Shown here: positions 35,644-50,610 of the stretch, piece after piece
How positions within the stretch are numbered: position 1 is the first letter of the stretch
Layout of the letters: every line of letters starts with the position of its first letter
NCBI GenBank assembly: GCA_964016885.1
Contig: OZ024740.1
Span: forward strand, 370,078,001-370,142,000
DNA length: 64,000 nucleotides
Source: Eledone cirrhosa
Taxonomy: Eukaryota
Direction of reading: 5' to 3'
Notes under the pieces: model-generated
Seen by the model: only the letters and a program-made list of their open reading frames with translations
The model's database searches: none
Told to the model about the DNA's origin: nothing
Position numbers and translations under genes: made by a program

Positions 35644-35748
35644 ACAGTCTTAACAATTGTTTCACTGATTAAGTTGTCTAAAAATTGCTGAACACTTGAA
35701 GGTGTGCCACTCAATTTTAAAGCTTAACCAGATCATCAGAAAAACTGT
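35644..35748 (-). ncRNA. Type I hammerhead with long stem II in a pLTR-like repeat (relatives at 29420-29535 and 59910-60075)
   Basis: ACAGTTTTT-CTGATGA-T-CTGGTTAAG...CTTAATCAG-T-GAAA-CAATTG-TT-AAGACTGT. Confidence 0.75.
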
Positions 35749-36450
35749 TAAAATATGTTCAGTTTCTGAAACTGAGCATAGTTTAACAGAATGAATTGAT
35801 TCCATCACTTACATTTAACATTCTCTAAATAATATTTACACTTACATGGATATCTTATACCCTTATATGAGCAATCTATTATTTTACCGACAATCCAATC
35901 AGCTAGCCCACGCCCCTGATGAAATGGCCAGTCTACTGGAAGTCGTTTTGTATTCTTTCTAGAACTGACTGCCTAAACGGCAATATCTCAGCCGGCGAGC
36001 CCCAACTCTTTCTAATTTAGTCAAACTCTACGAATATATGTATCGAGTACTCTGTGTGTACGTAAAGATTTGCACCATACGAATGAAATGAATATGAAAA
36101 CAATGAATAACAATAAGTAACCATATTTATGAGAGGCTTTTTCACTTTTTCACGATCTTGTATAAGGATTTCTTATCATATGATTGGAAAGGTGATTATT
36201 TTTGTCTATTTACTCTTGTTATTCGTAAAATAATCCACAAGATAATTCCTTTCCACCGTGAAAAATGTCTTTCTCATTTTTTTTTATCTGATAAGAGGTA
36301 AATTTGGTCCCTGTTGTTTACGTTATACTACAATGAAATCAATAAATATTCACATTCTTTATATGTTCGATGCATCTTCTCATCATACAAATCTCTATAC
36401 ATTTATGATTGTGTTCCTTCTATCAGACCAACTATCATACATATGTATAA

Positions 36451-36570
<120 letters not shown>

Positions 36571-36780
36571 ATAAATATATATATATATATATGTGTGTGT
36601 CCGCGCGCGTGTGTGTGTATATATATATATAGATATATATATATATATATGTATATATATGTGTGTGTGTGTGTGTACGTGTATACATACATATATATAA
36701 ATATATACATATATATACATATATATACATACATATATATATACATATATATATACATATACATATAAATATATACATAT

Positions 36781-36811
<31 letters not shown>

Positions 36812-37439
36812 ATGTAATTTATATAAAGATAAATAGTAAAAGCATAAACAATATTAACAGTTATTCGAATGTTATGCCTACATATGCACGTGTAGATGTA
36901 TATATACACATAGGAATATATGAATGTGTGTGTATATGTAGGGCTACAGTAGTCGAGTGCATGAAATACAAAGACAAAATCTTTTGCCATTAACTTACAA
37001 TCGATACCACTTAGAACATGACTGTAATATAATGTGCAAATCATATCCTTTATTTATATATATGTTCATGTTTTGTTTTAACAGAATTGGATTCACATTT
37101 TTTTTTAAATGGCCAGCGTTATGTTGATGTAATACACTATGTTTTGGACTATTTGCAATTGAAACAACTGTTATGTTCTGCTCTCCTAATTTGCTATCAT
37201 TACACACCACCTATCTGAAATTTACCAATACATTTCTATTTTAATATCTAAGACTGACATTATACAGAATTTCTTTTATATTACACTTCGTTGGGTTGCT
37301 TTTTCCCATTTGTTAGTTATTTTATATACGATCATAACAGCACTGAATAATTTATATTTCAATTTCTTTTTAGAGTAAAGATATTTGTGAGTTTTGTGGG
37401 CCCGAATGTACTTGAAACTCAGTTAATAATAATAGTTGT

Positions 37440-38180
37440 GCTACAAAGGGAGGATACAGTATAAGCTGAAGCTGTTTCTACACTTGAAATCAGAAACATG
37501 GAAATTATAAGGAGGCATTAGGGCTGCTGAAAAGGAAGATTACAGATTGAACCCTAGTATTGCTGAAGATGGTTATACATGCGGAGGGAGTCAGTTGGAT
37601 GATGAATCGCTTGCATTATACAGATGGCTTATGGATTTGATGAAAACTACTGAAAATGAGAAGGAAAGACGGAATTATGATGAATGAAATTACAAAAAAA
37701 AAGAGATAAATGTTGTGCTACAACATATGCAGACAGTGAACATAAGGCAAACAAGTAACCTTATCTGAGCTATTGCACTACTTGTGAGGAGAAATTTCAT
37801 ATGACGAAAACAAAGCGGCGTAAAGCAAAAGAAAAAGGGTGAAAATAACGCATTAAAAATGACATAATGCGGTTAAGTTCAGGATCTAATTAAAATTGTG
37901 CAATGGTTTAGAGGAAAATGACTAAAGGGAAAAAAGACCAATCGTGATACATTAGACAAGAAATATAAAATACGGAAGAATGGATTCTATGCAGTAATAG
38001 AACAATTAAAACACCGGATGTTGTCCAATAACCAGAAGATAAGATGACATGTGAACAGAAATAAGCAGTTCGAGTAGAATAGATTGTTCCAAAATAATTC
38101 CAAACAATTCTTCCGCGCTTTAGAATGAGTTAATGGGAAGGATGCTGTTCCTAAAACTTGCCAGGCCAAAGAGTTCCGGA
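37440..38180 (+). mobile_element. Decayed R4/Dong-like LINE fragment
   Basis: LKHRMLSNNQKIR*HVNRNKQFE*NRLFQNNSKQFFRAL resembles the pre-RT 'LKQ..RY..QNRLF..N.K.FY' block of R4/Dong elements. Confidence 0.55.
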
Positions 38181-38569
38181 GTAGGCCTACTCTGAGCATG
38201 CGGCTGTAAGCTGGTTAATTTGAGGAGTAGAGGGGTGCCCGGCCTGGGTGTTTTTGAAACGATAGGTGGTTCAGGATTCGTGGGTTACGTGAGTCGCCCC
38301 TGGGTATTTACCCCCCCCCCCTCATTGGGGAATTTTCATTATTGTATTGTTCTTGTTTATTGTTATTGTTCTTTAAATTGCTTAATTGTTGTTTGTGTAA
38401 AATCCCAACCGACCGTTGTGGCCAATAATTATTGTCATTATTATATAATGTATCAATAATGACTTTCTACGTTCTGAGTTCAAATACCGCCAGGGTACTC
38501 TCGTTAAATTCCATACTTATGCCAATGGAAGAACAAATTTTATAAGCAAGAAGATAAATAGTTAAATGG

Positions 38570-38577
38570 ATGGATAA

Positions 38578-38612
<35 letters not shown>

Positions 38613-38658
38613 CATACATACATACATACATACATACATACATACATACATACATACA

Positions 38659-38690
<32 letters not shown>
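38570..38690. repeat. Compound (GATA)n(CATA)n microsatellite
   Basis: Directly visible. Confidence 0.95.
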
Positions 38691-38691
<1 letters not shown>

Positions 38692-41185
38692 GATGGCTGC
38701 CCCCACCCCACCCCTTCCGTTATCGAGTATGGCCATTGCACAATATAACATTATTGATAAGTATCAATTAATGCTATCGTGCAATGCCTGTGTGTGAAGA
38801 TTTTTTTAAAATGAGAAAAGACTGTGCACTGAGCCAATCCCATTCTCTGAGTGACAGTAGCTATAACCCGAAAGGAACAAAAGCCCAACATCATTGGTAA
38901 CTACTGAGCCGCAGGTTTTATGTCGCAGTTATCCCAGTCTCCTGAGTTGCTTTCTCCTAGAAGAATGCCCTGACAAAGACTAGGGGTCTTTCACTCCCAG
39001 TGGTTTTACATGCATACATAAATAAATAACTGTATGCTTTGCGTGTGGGTCATTATGTATGAGATATTGTGGTAAAATATAAATAATTATTTTTATTCAT
39101 TGATTTCAAATCACCGCTCCATAGAAAAATAATCGCAATATTGAAACATTTTCATACTAGGCGTTAATATTCAAAGAACTCCAAACGGCAATAAATCTTA
39201 TCTGCGATTTTTGCTTATAGTATTTTGAATATAATGAACGCAAGTATTTAAAGCTAATTGATAGTACACATAATATATGTATCTTCAAATCTCTTCATGA
39301 TGTCTTTCTGCTAAATATCATACATATTTCTATTCGACATATTGAAATTACTTTCAGGAAATCGGGCGTCATTTTTGTTTTGTATACAACAATAGGCTGC
39401 AGAACAAATTGTGACAAAAGCAATATTTATATAACAATCAAAAATAAATTTTCATAAATTTAGTCCCACTTTTAGTTGATAACTGTTATAATTTTTGTCT
39501 CGTTCCTTTCAGCCTTTATGTAAGAAATCTGTGATCATCTGAATTCCATCTGTGACTACCAGGTCTGCTTGTTTCAGACGGTATATCAAAGACTGCATCC
39601 TATAACTCTTCTTTCCTTCCATTTATGATTGTATGGAGGAATTTGTGTCATATTTAACTGCTGTTTCTAGTAAGTGATACGACTACATAGGGTATCATTC
39701 GTTGGCACGAGATTTTAAGAGAACTAGGTGGGGAACATTTCCGTACATAAAGTTGTTGAGCACCGGGCAGTAGATTTCAAGAAACTGGGGAAAGCTGGGC
39801 GAGAATTGTGCCGGATGTTCAGGCATGTGGTAATATTCAGAGCCATACTTATAGCCTCATATATTGGAAAATATAGAAGCCCAGGATATGTTTTCTATCG
39901 TTGATATTTGTTCACCGTAAGTCACTTAACTGATTGCAGTTCTCACATTTTTGCGCTACCCTTTATAGCCTGCAATGTGTCAATTAAGCGAGTAACGATA
40001 TTATATTTTATGACATGTCCCTTGTCATGCCTCACACAATTAAAATACATAAACACTATCACTCAAGTATTTTATGCGCAACTGTGCTACATATGTGCAT
40101 GGGATAATGTGGCATAAATTATCTCAAAGCTATCCAATTAGGTTATTTTATGCTTCTGGCCATATTGGTCTCAAGCAAAAATAATATTTACGAAATGTAA
40201 CAAACTCCCTACTCACCACTCTACAACAACCATCGTTTCTTAAACAGTAACCCTAAAATTAACACTTCATTTGCACCCATCTCCATAAATCATAGACCCC
40301 GCCAAACGTCTCCTAAACGTTCCCTATCCCCTCCACCAGTCTCATGTAAATGGGATACCACATGCCTTTGAAACACACCACACGATCCTTAGTACATCTG
40401 ATATATGTGTTCTAATTGTGGGGGACTGTCTGTTTGGCAGGTATGTTGCACACCATTTGTGAGTATTGAAAAGGATATTATAATGCTATGCAGATTATAA
40501 GAATCTTTACTTACCCTTAATCTACAACACAAAAGACATTGTCCGTATCGAGACTCAACTCATCTAATCAACTTATAACTACAGGTATAACGAGAGACCT
40601 TGGGAACATCCTTTAATTGGGTCTTTACAATATACTTCCTTACAAAGATACAAAAGACAATCACTCCCAATATATGGAAAATAAAATGAGTAATTCACAC
40701 TCTCTCGTCCTGGACGACCACCCGACATTACAACGAATGCTAGGCTACGCATACATAATGTTGCTCAATAGAATAGATGTCTTATATTATTTGCTTACAT
40801 CATAATTACACTTTGATTAATAATCTGTAAGTTATATAGAATACGATACCACATCGTAATGTTTACATGTTCATATTCTGATTTCTATATAAATCATGTT
40901 CCAGAATCTGACATGAAAAATTATTTGACATCCGGGAAATAAGGTTAATTAGTATTTGAATAAGTGTCATCGTTTGTTTTCATGAAATATAAGATTTTCT
41001 ATTTGTTTTCAACAACGACCAGACTACAACGGCTTCTAAAATAAGGAATTTATTCCACTGTAAACCAAAAGACATTGTTATTACACTAGATGTTTTTCTT
41101 ACTAAATCAGTTGCCGTTCAACAATCATACAGAAGAGTTATAGAGTTCGAAAAGTCATAGATTATCTCTTAGTATACATGTGAGC

Positions 41186-41369
41186 AGCCGATATTATAGA
41201 GGGTCGGACGCCATGCTTTGACGCATTGAGTTACAGCCCTTGCCATTCTGAGTTCAAATCCCGCCGAGGTTAACTTTGCCTTTCCTCCTTACGGGGTCGA
41301 TAAAATAAAGTACCAGTAATACACTGGATAATTGCTGGCCTTGTGCCAAAAGTAGAAACAATTATATTA
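41186..41369 (+). mobile_element. Meta-domain SINE
   Basis: B box, core and tail. Confidence 0.88.
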
Positions 41370-41435
41370 TGATGATGCCTTTGGAATTACATAAGGAGCA
41401 TGATAGATTTTGTCGAAACCATAATGACTCTATTA

Positions 41436-41641
41436 GGTGGATTGGCAGTATCGGTAGAGGGTCGAACGCCATGCATTGACGCATAGAGCTACGGCCCTTT
41501 CAAATCTGAGATCAAATCCCGCCGAGGTTAACTTTGCCTTTCATCCTTACGGAGTCGATAAAATAAAGTAATAATAAATAAGTAAAATAAAGTAATGGAC
41601 TGGTAATTGCTGGCCTTGTGCCAAAAGTAGAAACAATTATT
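41436..41641 (+). mobile_element. Meta-domain SINE with internal AATAAAGTA duplication
   Basis: A and B boxes, core and tail. Confidence 0.88.
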
Positions 41642-42369
41642 AGGTAAATAAAACATGGTAGGTTCATGTAGTATTCTAACATTTTGGGGTTGTCCAGTAT
41701 TCAAGAATGAAGAGGTGGTTAGAGAAGAGTATATTAAAAAAAAAGATATCAAAACCAGGTTTTAAACAGTATTTCATATAGGTTATATGGCGGGCGGGTT
41801 TGCTACTTTTATTGTTACGTTTAATAACATGGATTGGGCAAATGCATCTAAGCAATGACCAGTCCATCCATTTGTTTTCAGATATTCTGTGTCTAACATC
41901 CCATTAGATAGTGTGAAGTGTTAAACTTAATTTCAAAGACGGTATGGCAATATTTCAGGATACTTTGTTTGCTATATCTAACAGGACATGATATAAATAA
42001 GTCATTGTTGACTGGTTGCTGTTGGTAACGGTGCTCATGGTTTGTTACTATTGTTAAGTTTGAATGTCATTCGGTCATCAGTAATAATGAATTCAATGGA
42101 ATATAAATGATTATTAATTTTAAAAATTATTTGGTGAATATTTAAGTTTCAGCACTGAAGGATCCCTATTGACAGCAAACATTACTAATTGGTCTGTTTA
42201 CAGGTCGAAGTAGTTGACTCTGCCCTGGTACATCTAAGTGAGAAACTTTAAGGTTTTATCTTTCGCTTCCCGGCTGAAAAATAATAAAAATAAATGGAAA
42301 TCTTTCGTCAAAACCGTGTAATGAATCTCGTTATTCTAGATATTGTAGGAATCACAGAAAATGTATATG

Positions 42370-42695
42370 CATTATATCCCCGAGGTTCGCGGTCCCGGTT
42401 ATTCGCAGAATTTTTCTTAGAACCTAACTATTAAATGTTCGTTGAAACCATCGCATATTCGCGGAATCGTAAATATCTTACCATTTTTTTATGGCTTTTT
42501 TCGTGGCAATGTATATTTTCTAACGCTTTTTAATGGTAAATTATTAATAACAATATACCGTATTTGCCGGCCTATAGTTTACGTTATGTTTTGACGTTTA
42601 TAAGTATTTTTATGACCACGTCAAATATTCGCGGTTTTTTACTCTTCGCGCATTCTCTAGGAACGTAACCCCGCGAATACCGGGGGACAACTGTA
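42370..42695. mobile_element. Tigger/pogo-like MITE
   Basis: Right end CCCCGCGAATACCGGGGGACAACTG|TA, decayed left end (ATCCCCGAGGTTCGCGG), repeated TATTCGCGG motifs. Confidence 0.6.
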
Positions 42696-44266
42696 TTTCG
42701 TTTAACTATCATGTGAAACGGTTTCTAAGAAATTAAGGAGTAAAAGACATACCTTGAATTAAAGTAATCAAATTATCGATGATATTGTGGCAGAATCAAG
42801 CCATTTAACGATTCAAATGAGGGAAGGGGTAAATATATGGAACTGCCGTGAGACAAATAATAGTATATGTCCCTCAAATGTGTGCACTACCATGGCTATT
42901 GTTTAAGATGTGTAGAAATGAGAAAGCTGCAAGTGAATGGTTATCAAGCAACTATATCAAAATCAATTTACTAGTCGATAAAATAAAGTACCAGTAATGC
43001 ACTGGTATAATTGCTGGCCTTGTGCCAAAAGTAGAAACAATTATATTTATGGGCAGTATTTGTTTTTATGCGGTATAGCCAATTAATGTAAAATCAAATA
43101 TTTATGCATTTACGCCTACTAAACGATTTGAGTGGGCTTTATATTAATGTTACATCAATGATTTATTGGGAAATATTTGAAAACGTGTTAGAAATTAGCA
43201 ATCTCACCTTAAGTGTTTGCTTTGCATTTACCCTTGACTTCCTAAAGTCCATCGTGTCAAGCCACCAAGGCAATAATCAACGCCATGAGAAAATAACACT
43301 TCCCGGCTATTACAGAGCCTATAGATTAACATTCTGACATGAATTACTCACTTTGAAAACTGATCTATTTCAGGGGTATTGTTGCGAAACTACCGATGAG
43401 TAGTACTCGGTCAAACGGACTTAAGACAGACATATTAGAGTGACTATAGATACATTAAATCATTTTATTCTTTTTCGTTTCATTCCTTAAAATTTCTATC
43501 AGTGTTTTTACATCTGACATCACATGTTTAAATGCATTTATTTCGTTTTCTGCGTTTACGGCAAAAACGGTATATTTGACAATAATTAGAGCTTATATCA
43601 TATCAAACTTCCCAAATTAGACATTTTAAGTTTGCTTATTTTAGAGAATGTTTTAGCTTTCAATGAGAAGCAAACAAAATAAACACAGATCATTAACGCT
43701 TTTGCGATGACGTTTCGGGCTATAAAACACGATCAAAGATATTTAAGAAATATAAACCAAATCGTTCAGGGAAACTTCCAAAATCAAATAAATCTTCAAG
43801 GGAAAATTTTAACAGTAGTAATATGAAATAATATATATTATGTAAATAATTATATTGACGTCTCGATTAATTATGTTAGATTTGCACAAAAGTTTTGTGT
43901 TAATATAATCAACATTACCGAAAAAATATCTTTCTTCGCAAGGTATTATTGAATTTCAAATAAAGCAATGGAAATATTCACTATTGTTCATTACAAATTT
44001 ATCAATGTTGTTCCTCAATTCGTATATATATTAGGAAGTGTATGAGAAGCAAACAAACAAATATGATCGTTCTGACTGTAATACTATGAGTTGATCTATG
44101 TAACAAACACCTAGCTTCGGGAAGCACCAAGTACCTAGGAAATTATACCACAGTTTGCCATGCATTTTATATAATATATTTCTCTCTATGTTTGCATATT
44201 GACGGCTCTTTTTTAGTGATTACAACCCCACATTCAGGGAACAATATATATATATGTATGTCTGTG

Positions 44267-44302
<36 letters not shown>

Positions 44303-45435
44303 GTGTGTGTGTGTGTGTGTGTGTGTGTGTCTGTGTGTGTGGAGCAAAGAAAATTTCCCACGGTGATTTTACCAAGGCTATGACCACGAGGAAACAGACC
44401 TATAAATTCGGAGATATAACTTTCGCTAGGGAGAATCACACGATAAAATTAGACAATTCTAAGTAATGAACAATCGTGAGAAAGATAGCTGAGATGTTGA
44501 GCCTAGCCATTCTGCAACATTTCACTCGATCCAAACGATAATTTCGGTGGCATGTAGATTTTTGCCGTCGCACATACTCTATTTTCGACTAAGCTTTGTA
44601 CATTTTAAAACAGCTCTGTCTGATATTCCCTAACTGTACTGGAAACTCGGTAATATATGCAGAGAGGAAAATAGAGAAAATATCTTTTTTCTTCTTTTTG
44701 GTGGGGGGTGGGGGTGTTAAAAATATGTTTTCTTTCATAACGACTACACCCATATGTTTATTGTATATAAACGTATGTGTTTATAGATGATTTCATATAC
44801 AACTGTATACACACACACACACGCAGACACACATATATATATATATATATGTGTATGTGTGTGTGTATATGTGTGTGTATGTGTGTATGTCTATCTGTCT
44901 GTTTCTGTTTGTGTTTATATAAATATGTATATATATGTGTGCGTGTGTGTGTGTTGGGTGTATAAACATGTATATTTATACACACAATTGAGTGTGTCTA
45001 CGTTTGTTTGTAAGTTTATGTGTGCATATAGATATATATCTATGTATACAAATGTATAATTTACGTGTCATTTGAAATACGAAATAACATTCTAGATGTC
45101 GTTTTGACACTACTTCAAAAATAGAAAGTGAACTCAAATATATTATTGATTACCTAAACGTTTTAATTTGAATGCAAAAGAATATATTCGGTAGCTTCTT
45201 TTAATGTTTCATTTGTAGGTAGGTAGACCACATGTTATAGCAGTTAAATATACCTCAAAACCTTCTTACTTGTCTTGGAAATGTTTAGTGGAATAGAATG
45301 CAAATTACACTTTGATTAAACAGAGATGGTCACGAGTGTAACACCTTGAATTATTGGTCTACTTCTTCAAAGCCAGCCTAGATCAAAACATGAGCAACAA
45401 AACCTGTTATTCAATATTTAAATAACCTTAGTTAA

Positions 45436-45625
45436 TAACTGTTTCTACTTTAGGCACAAGGCCGGCAATTACCCAGTGCATTACTGGTACTTTATTTTAT
45501 CGACCCCGTAAGGATGAAAGGCAAAGTCAACCTCGGCGGGATTTGAACTCAGATCGTAAAGGGACGTAACTATGCTGGAAAGCATGGCATCCGACCCTCT
45601 ACCGATACTGCCAATCCACCGCCCT
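45436..45625 (-). mobile_element. Full-length Meta-domain SINE
   Basis: Near-consensus reverse complement; flanked by AATAACCTTAGTTAATAAC repeats. Confidence 0.92.
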
Positions 45626-46413
45626 TATAATAACCTTAGTTAATAACCTTAGTTAATAACTTTAGTTAATCATTAATTAATTAACTGTAGTTAATATGTT
45701 TCGTTACATTTAACTCATTTGACGGCGGTAGATACTTTTTTGTTAACGTGATCGATAAAGAACATATCAGTAGCATACCGGAAGTCGGTTCAATCTGATA
45801 TAGCGTAAATATATTTCCTTGTTTCAATGTAAGAAATCAATAGTTGTTAATTTGAAAAGCAATGCTTTGGGCAGAAATGATTATCACTTCATTTTGAATA
45901 TTTATTTTTGATTCTCCCGGGTTCTGAATTCAAATTTTGCCTAGCTATCCGTTACTTTACAACACATTCTGATCGATTTAATTAATTGTATTTTGTGTGA
46001 AAGTTGCCATTCTTTCTAATCAAACTAAATCAATATTTATTCATTTCATGTGTCATTTTATTAAACTTAAGAAACTGTTATTAAATTTAATAAACACATT
46101 GACATTATATAACATTACAAGAAAGTTTTAAACTCTACTCATTCTATTCCATTTTATTTTATTGTGGTGTTGAAGTTTGAAAATTATCGACACTTTTCAT
46201 GAAATTGTACTCGATGAAAATCAAGTAAACTGCTGAGGACAGTTATTCCTTTCCCAGTTATACGTGTAACGCAATTCAAATTATTAGGAGCCTTGCACAA
46301 CCATACGTATCCCCTGTGTATAAACATAAGGTCTATAAAAGAAATGAATATGTATTATTCGTGTGTATGTTTAGACTCTAGAATATTCATTCTGAATATA
46401 TGTATGTGACAGG

Positions 46414-46600
46414 AACGGTGGATTGGTAGTATCGGTAGAGAGTCGGACTGCATGCTATATGACATAGGTTAGTTACGATCTGAGTTCAAATCCAGTCGAG
46501 GTTAGGTTTACGTTAAGGCTTCGATGAAATAAAGTACAAATAATGCACCAGGTTCAATTAATCGACTTTCCTGGATTTGTGCCTAGATCAGAAACCAGGA
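46414..46600 (+). mobile_element. Degenerate Meta-domain SINE
   Basis: A and B boxes recognisable, core decayed. Confidence 0.7.
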
Positions 46601-47970
46601 TTTGTATGCGTCTATTTTCTCTTATCTAAATTTAAGGCAGGTATATCACCGTTTGTCTTCCTGTAGCGTATTCGACAGGATTTTGTAGTAAATGAATTAG
46701 ACTCTCGTTAGTGTTTCTAATGCACGAGTTCAAAATTGTAAAGATGATGGGAAATGCTATCCTAATGTCATTGTACAATATTAGTGGTTCGATGCTTCCA
46801 TCATATAACTGGATGACTGATCACTTTAAACTAGCTCAAGAGGTTTAACAACAACTACCAACCCTGGTAATCCGATATGATACAAATCCTTATATCTACA
46901 GCTGTCTGCAAATATCTGGCAAAATGATATGCATATATCACGCTATGATCAAATAATAACATTTTGAAAAGTACTTCGTAAAGCTAAAACATTAATAGCA
47001 TTCAAATTTTTTATAAAATGTCGCATCATCAGATTATCGTGATCTCTGGATAACTTTATGTATCCTTAATTGCTTTGTGTTTACTCAGATACTGTCGTTC
47101 AATATAGAAAATTGTTCATGTACTGTTTTATAATTGAAATGCTTCTATTCAAACAAAGTTTTATAATTTATTATTTTTCCTGATTGATTTATTTTTATTT
47201 GTCTCTATTATCTCCTTTGTTCCATAATTCTGAACAAACGTCGGACTGAATAACATATTTCGTGTGATGCTTAAGTAAATTTATATAGAGCAGAATTTAA
47301 TGAAATAAATTGCCCTCATTAACATTTGCATCGATATGTGTTAATTGTTTGATGTTTGATAGTAAACGCAACTTCTTCGTCGAGCTGCAGAATCTAAGAT
47401 AACCAATGCGATAAAATGAAATGCTTCACCATGAATGCAATTCGTAATTTATCACTTGCACTATGCTACTTTCATGCCCAGAACATTTAGCTTTCTTAGA
47501 CATTAACAATAAATCTTGAAATAACTACGAATAATAACAGTTAAATTTTGAGAGTTTCATGTTATAAAAAATTAAATAAGAAACATTCCAAGTACCTTAG
47601 ATGATATCTTAAAGTTTTTCTCATCATATTGCAGTTTCAATTCCTGTGGTCTTATTCGTGCCAGTCACCAATTTGGTACTTTGTCGAACACGCAAAGACT
47701 AGGTTTGTTTTTAGGGGCGGCCTTTTCTCCCCTCATCGGCATCGTCGTAGCTACGTCACTAAGTTGTGAGAGCTTTCTTGGGAGCCACAGGAGTCACCTA
47801 TTGCTCCATCTCCCCTAATAGTTTACCGCTGTTGATCCGGGGCTGCTTATTCGTCCTGCTGCTTCCCGCTTATATCGTAATGAACAATCATATGTGGTGG
47901 CCGTATCACTATTCACCACCTGCGACCCGTTCTCTAGCAGAACAGCTTTGCCGCGAAAAGTATTAAAGCA

Positions 47971-48235
47971 CTTGATAAATTACACTTGCCCAATTTTCCA
48001 CATTGTTAAATTAAATCTGCGATATTATGATTGTAAACCGAACTCCTCAAACTTTAGGCTAAGCTGCGTTCACTCCTGGCACATTTTCATGTCATGTATT
48101 AAAGTACTTAATAAAATTAAAATATGCTAGCAGTGAACGCAGCTAAGCCTAAAGTGTGAGGAGTTCGCTTTACAATCATTATGTCGCAGGTTTGTTTCAG
48201 CAATGTGGAATCTTGAGCAGGTGTAATGTATCAAG
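47971..48235. repeat. Old ~117-bp inverted repeat (fold-back or MITE)
   Basis: 47971-48087 vs 48119-48235 are imperfect reverse complements. Confidence 0.8.
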
Positions 48236-48839
48236 ACGTACGGTTACCCTACAACATTAAGAGCGAAACTATTTAGAATGTTGTTGAATGGACTCAGCTT
48301 GTAATTAAAATGCATAGTCCGTGTCACTATGAACCATCTGAGAAATAGGTCAAACGTGTAGGTGCTGTTTTTACTTCAGACACGTACACGTTATTTTACG
48401 TGCAGATTATTACTGCCATTGTTCCTACAAATTGAACGCACATCGTCGAACAGACGAACTTTCATTCCACTAAATAGCAGTAATTACTAACCCAAAGAGT
48501 TTTAATGATTTATAATTCGCCCTTAATGATGAGAATTAATCATTATCTAAATGAGTCACTCTGGCCCAGATGAAACGATGAACATTTTCAAATTAGTGTT
48601 CATTTAGCATCACATTATTGAACTTAATATTTGGTGCGTAATTTGCATGTAAGAAATAATAACATTTTACGAATTTCAAAGAACTCATAAATACTGTAAA
48701 AATTATTTGGCAAACGTAAGGTGTGTAAAATTAATGATCCAATTTGAGTTTATTGAATAAGAAACGAAAGAGTTTGAAATTTGCACTATGTGACGTTCTC
48801 ACATCATGGTGAACTACTATTGCTGTTATTTGCATCATG

Positions 48840-48965
48840 TGGAGGCGCCAAGCTTAGTGGCTAGAGCATTGGGCTCACAACCATGTGACTGGCATACGAT
48901 TATCCGACTGGGCGATATGTTGTGTCCTTGAACACAACACTATATTTCACGTTGCTCCAAATCAC
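48840..48965 (+). mobile_element. Decayed tRNA-head CORE-type SINE
   Basis: GCTTAGTGGCTAGAGC head followed by GTTGTGTCCTTGAAC..ACAC (CORE-like). Confidence 0.5.
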
Positions 48966-49546
48966 CTCTAGAAACATTACTTGCGATGTCCCTAGTACCG
49001 AACTGTATTGGACTTCGCCATTCCCTTGGACAATATCGGTGACGTGAAAAAGGGAGACTGACATTCATGGGTGAATGACGCTCTTCCACAAAACACTCAC
49101 ATGGGCTTGTGCCACAGAAAGGAACATTCTATGTACAAAGTCAACCATTAATAGCTGTAGGGAGTCTATGATATCCTTAAAATGATGTCAAACTTTTCAT
49201 GATAGTGAAGAATTCGGGAGAGCCATTTAAGAAACACTGAGGGAATAAATCTTGGTAGACGGAAAATATATTTTGCCTGACATAATATGTATGAGACCTT
49301 CCGTCATAGTGATCGCATCAATGTTTGTTTATATGTTGGTGTAACTCAGTAGGGATTACCGAACTAAATGTTTTAATTCGTTTATGTTCATTACATCTGA
49401 TGACGTCGACAATTGTCTTTTGTGTCCATAGCAGTTAATAGAAATATGTATTATTTAATTGTACAAACATTAAAGGCATATATTGGAATCCGCCCTTCTT
49501 GTATTCGCCAACATTTTTTTCCCTTTTTGTATATGTTATAAAGATC

Positions 49547-49691
<145 letters not shown>

Positions 49692-49694
49692 CAT

Positions 49695-49773
<79 letters not shown>

Positions 49774-49838
49774 AGGTGCGCTTCTCAAAACCTTTTTTAT
49801 TATCATCTGTATAGAAGTTATTCTAACGTCCACACATG

Positions 49839-49885
<47 letters not shown>

Positions 49886-50427
49886 GCCCGACTAAACCCG
49901 GAATACACGCACACACACACATATATATATGTGTGTGTGAGGGGGGGTAGGGGTGCGTATGTATGTGTGTGTGTATGTGTGTGTTTGTTAAGAAGCATAG
50001 TAAGACGTGCGCGCAAGCATGAAGTTTATGATAAATTTATATCTGTATAAATACAGAAATACAGAGTGTGTAACCGGGACCTCACCAACGTGTATGCATG
50101 TAAACATACTAGAAAATACAAATTTCCCTGTAAATTGAAAACAGGATAAAGAGGCTTCCCGGGAACACTACAAGCTATCAAAGTTGTCATTAATTATATA
50201 GTGCTCTCATATGATAATATTACAGTGTTCTTACACATGGTAACTATTTATAGCTAAGTAGAACTACAGTCAGTGTGAGTGAAAACAGTTAGCATGTATG
50301 TCTCAAATTTAATGTTGTTCTGTTTTATGATTACAGATTACGAAATATATTATTAGTCCAGTTCCTTGTGTATTTTCGTTGCAAATGTTTTGGTGATTTA
50401 CTAAACTATACATTTTTGGAAACATTA

Positions 50428-50610
50428 TGGATTGGCAGTATCGGTAGAGAGTCGGACGCCATGCTTTCCAACATAGTTACGTCCCTTTACGATCTGAGTT
50501 CAAATCCCGCCGAGGTTGACTTTGCCTTTCATCCTTACGGGGTTGATAAAATAAAGTACCAGTAATGTACTGGGTAATTGCTTGCCTTGTGCCTAAAGTA
50601 GAAACAATTA
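50428..50610 (+). mobile_element. Meta-domain SINE inserted in the Academ left TIR
   Basis: TIR homology to 56070-56194 resumes on both sides of the SINE; short ATTATG duplication. Confidence 0.9.

Noticed and set aside
38202-38460. Possible solo LTR starting TGTAAG
   Set aside because: No second copy, clear CA end, TSD, PBS or PPT found.
41676-42060. Possible decayed Neptune GIY-YIG on the minus strand (similar hint at ~40440-40610)
   Set aside because: Similarity (TG..L...KPARH) is too fragmentary to call by eye.
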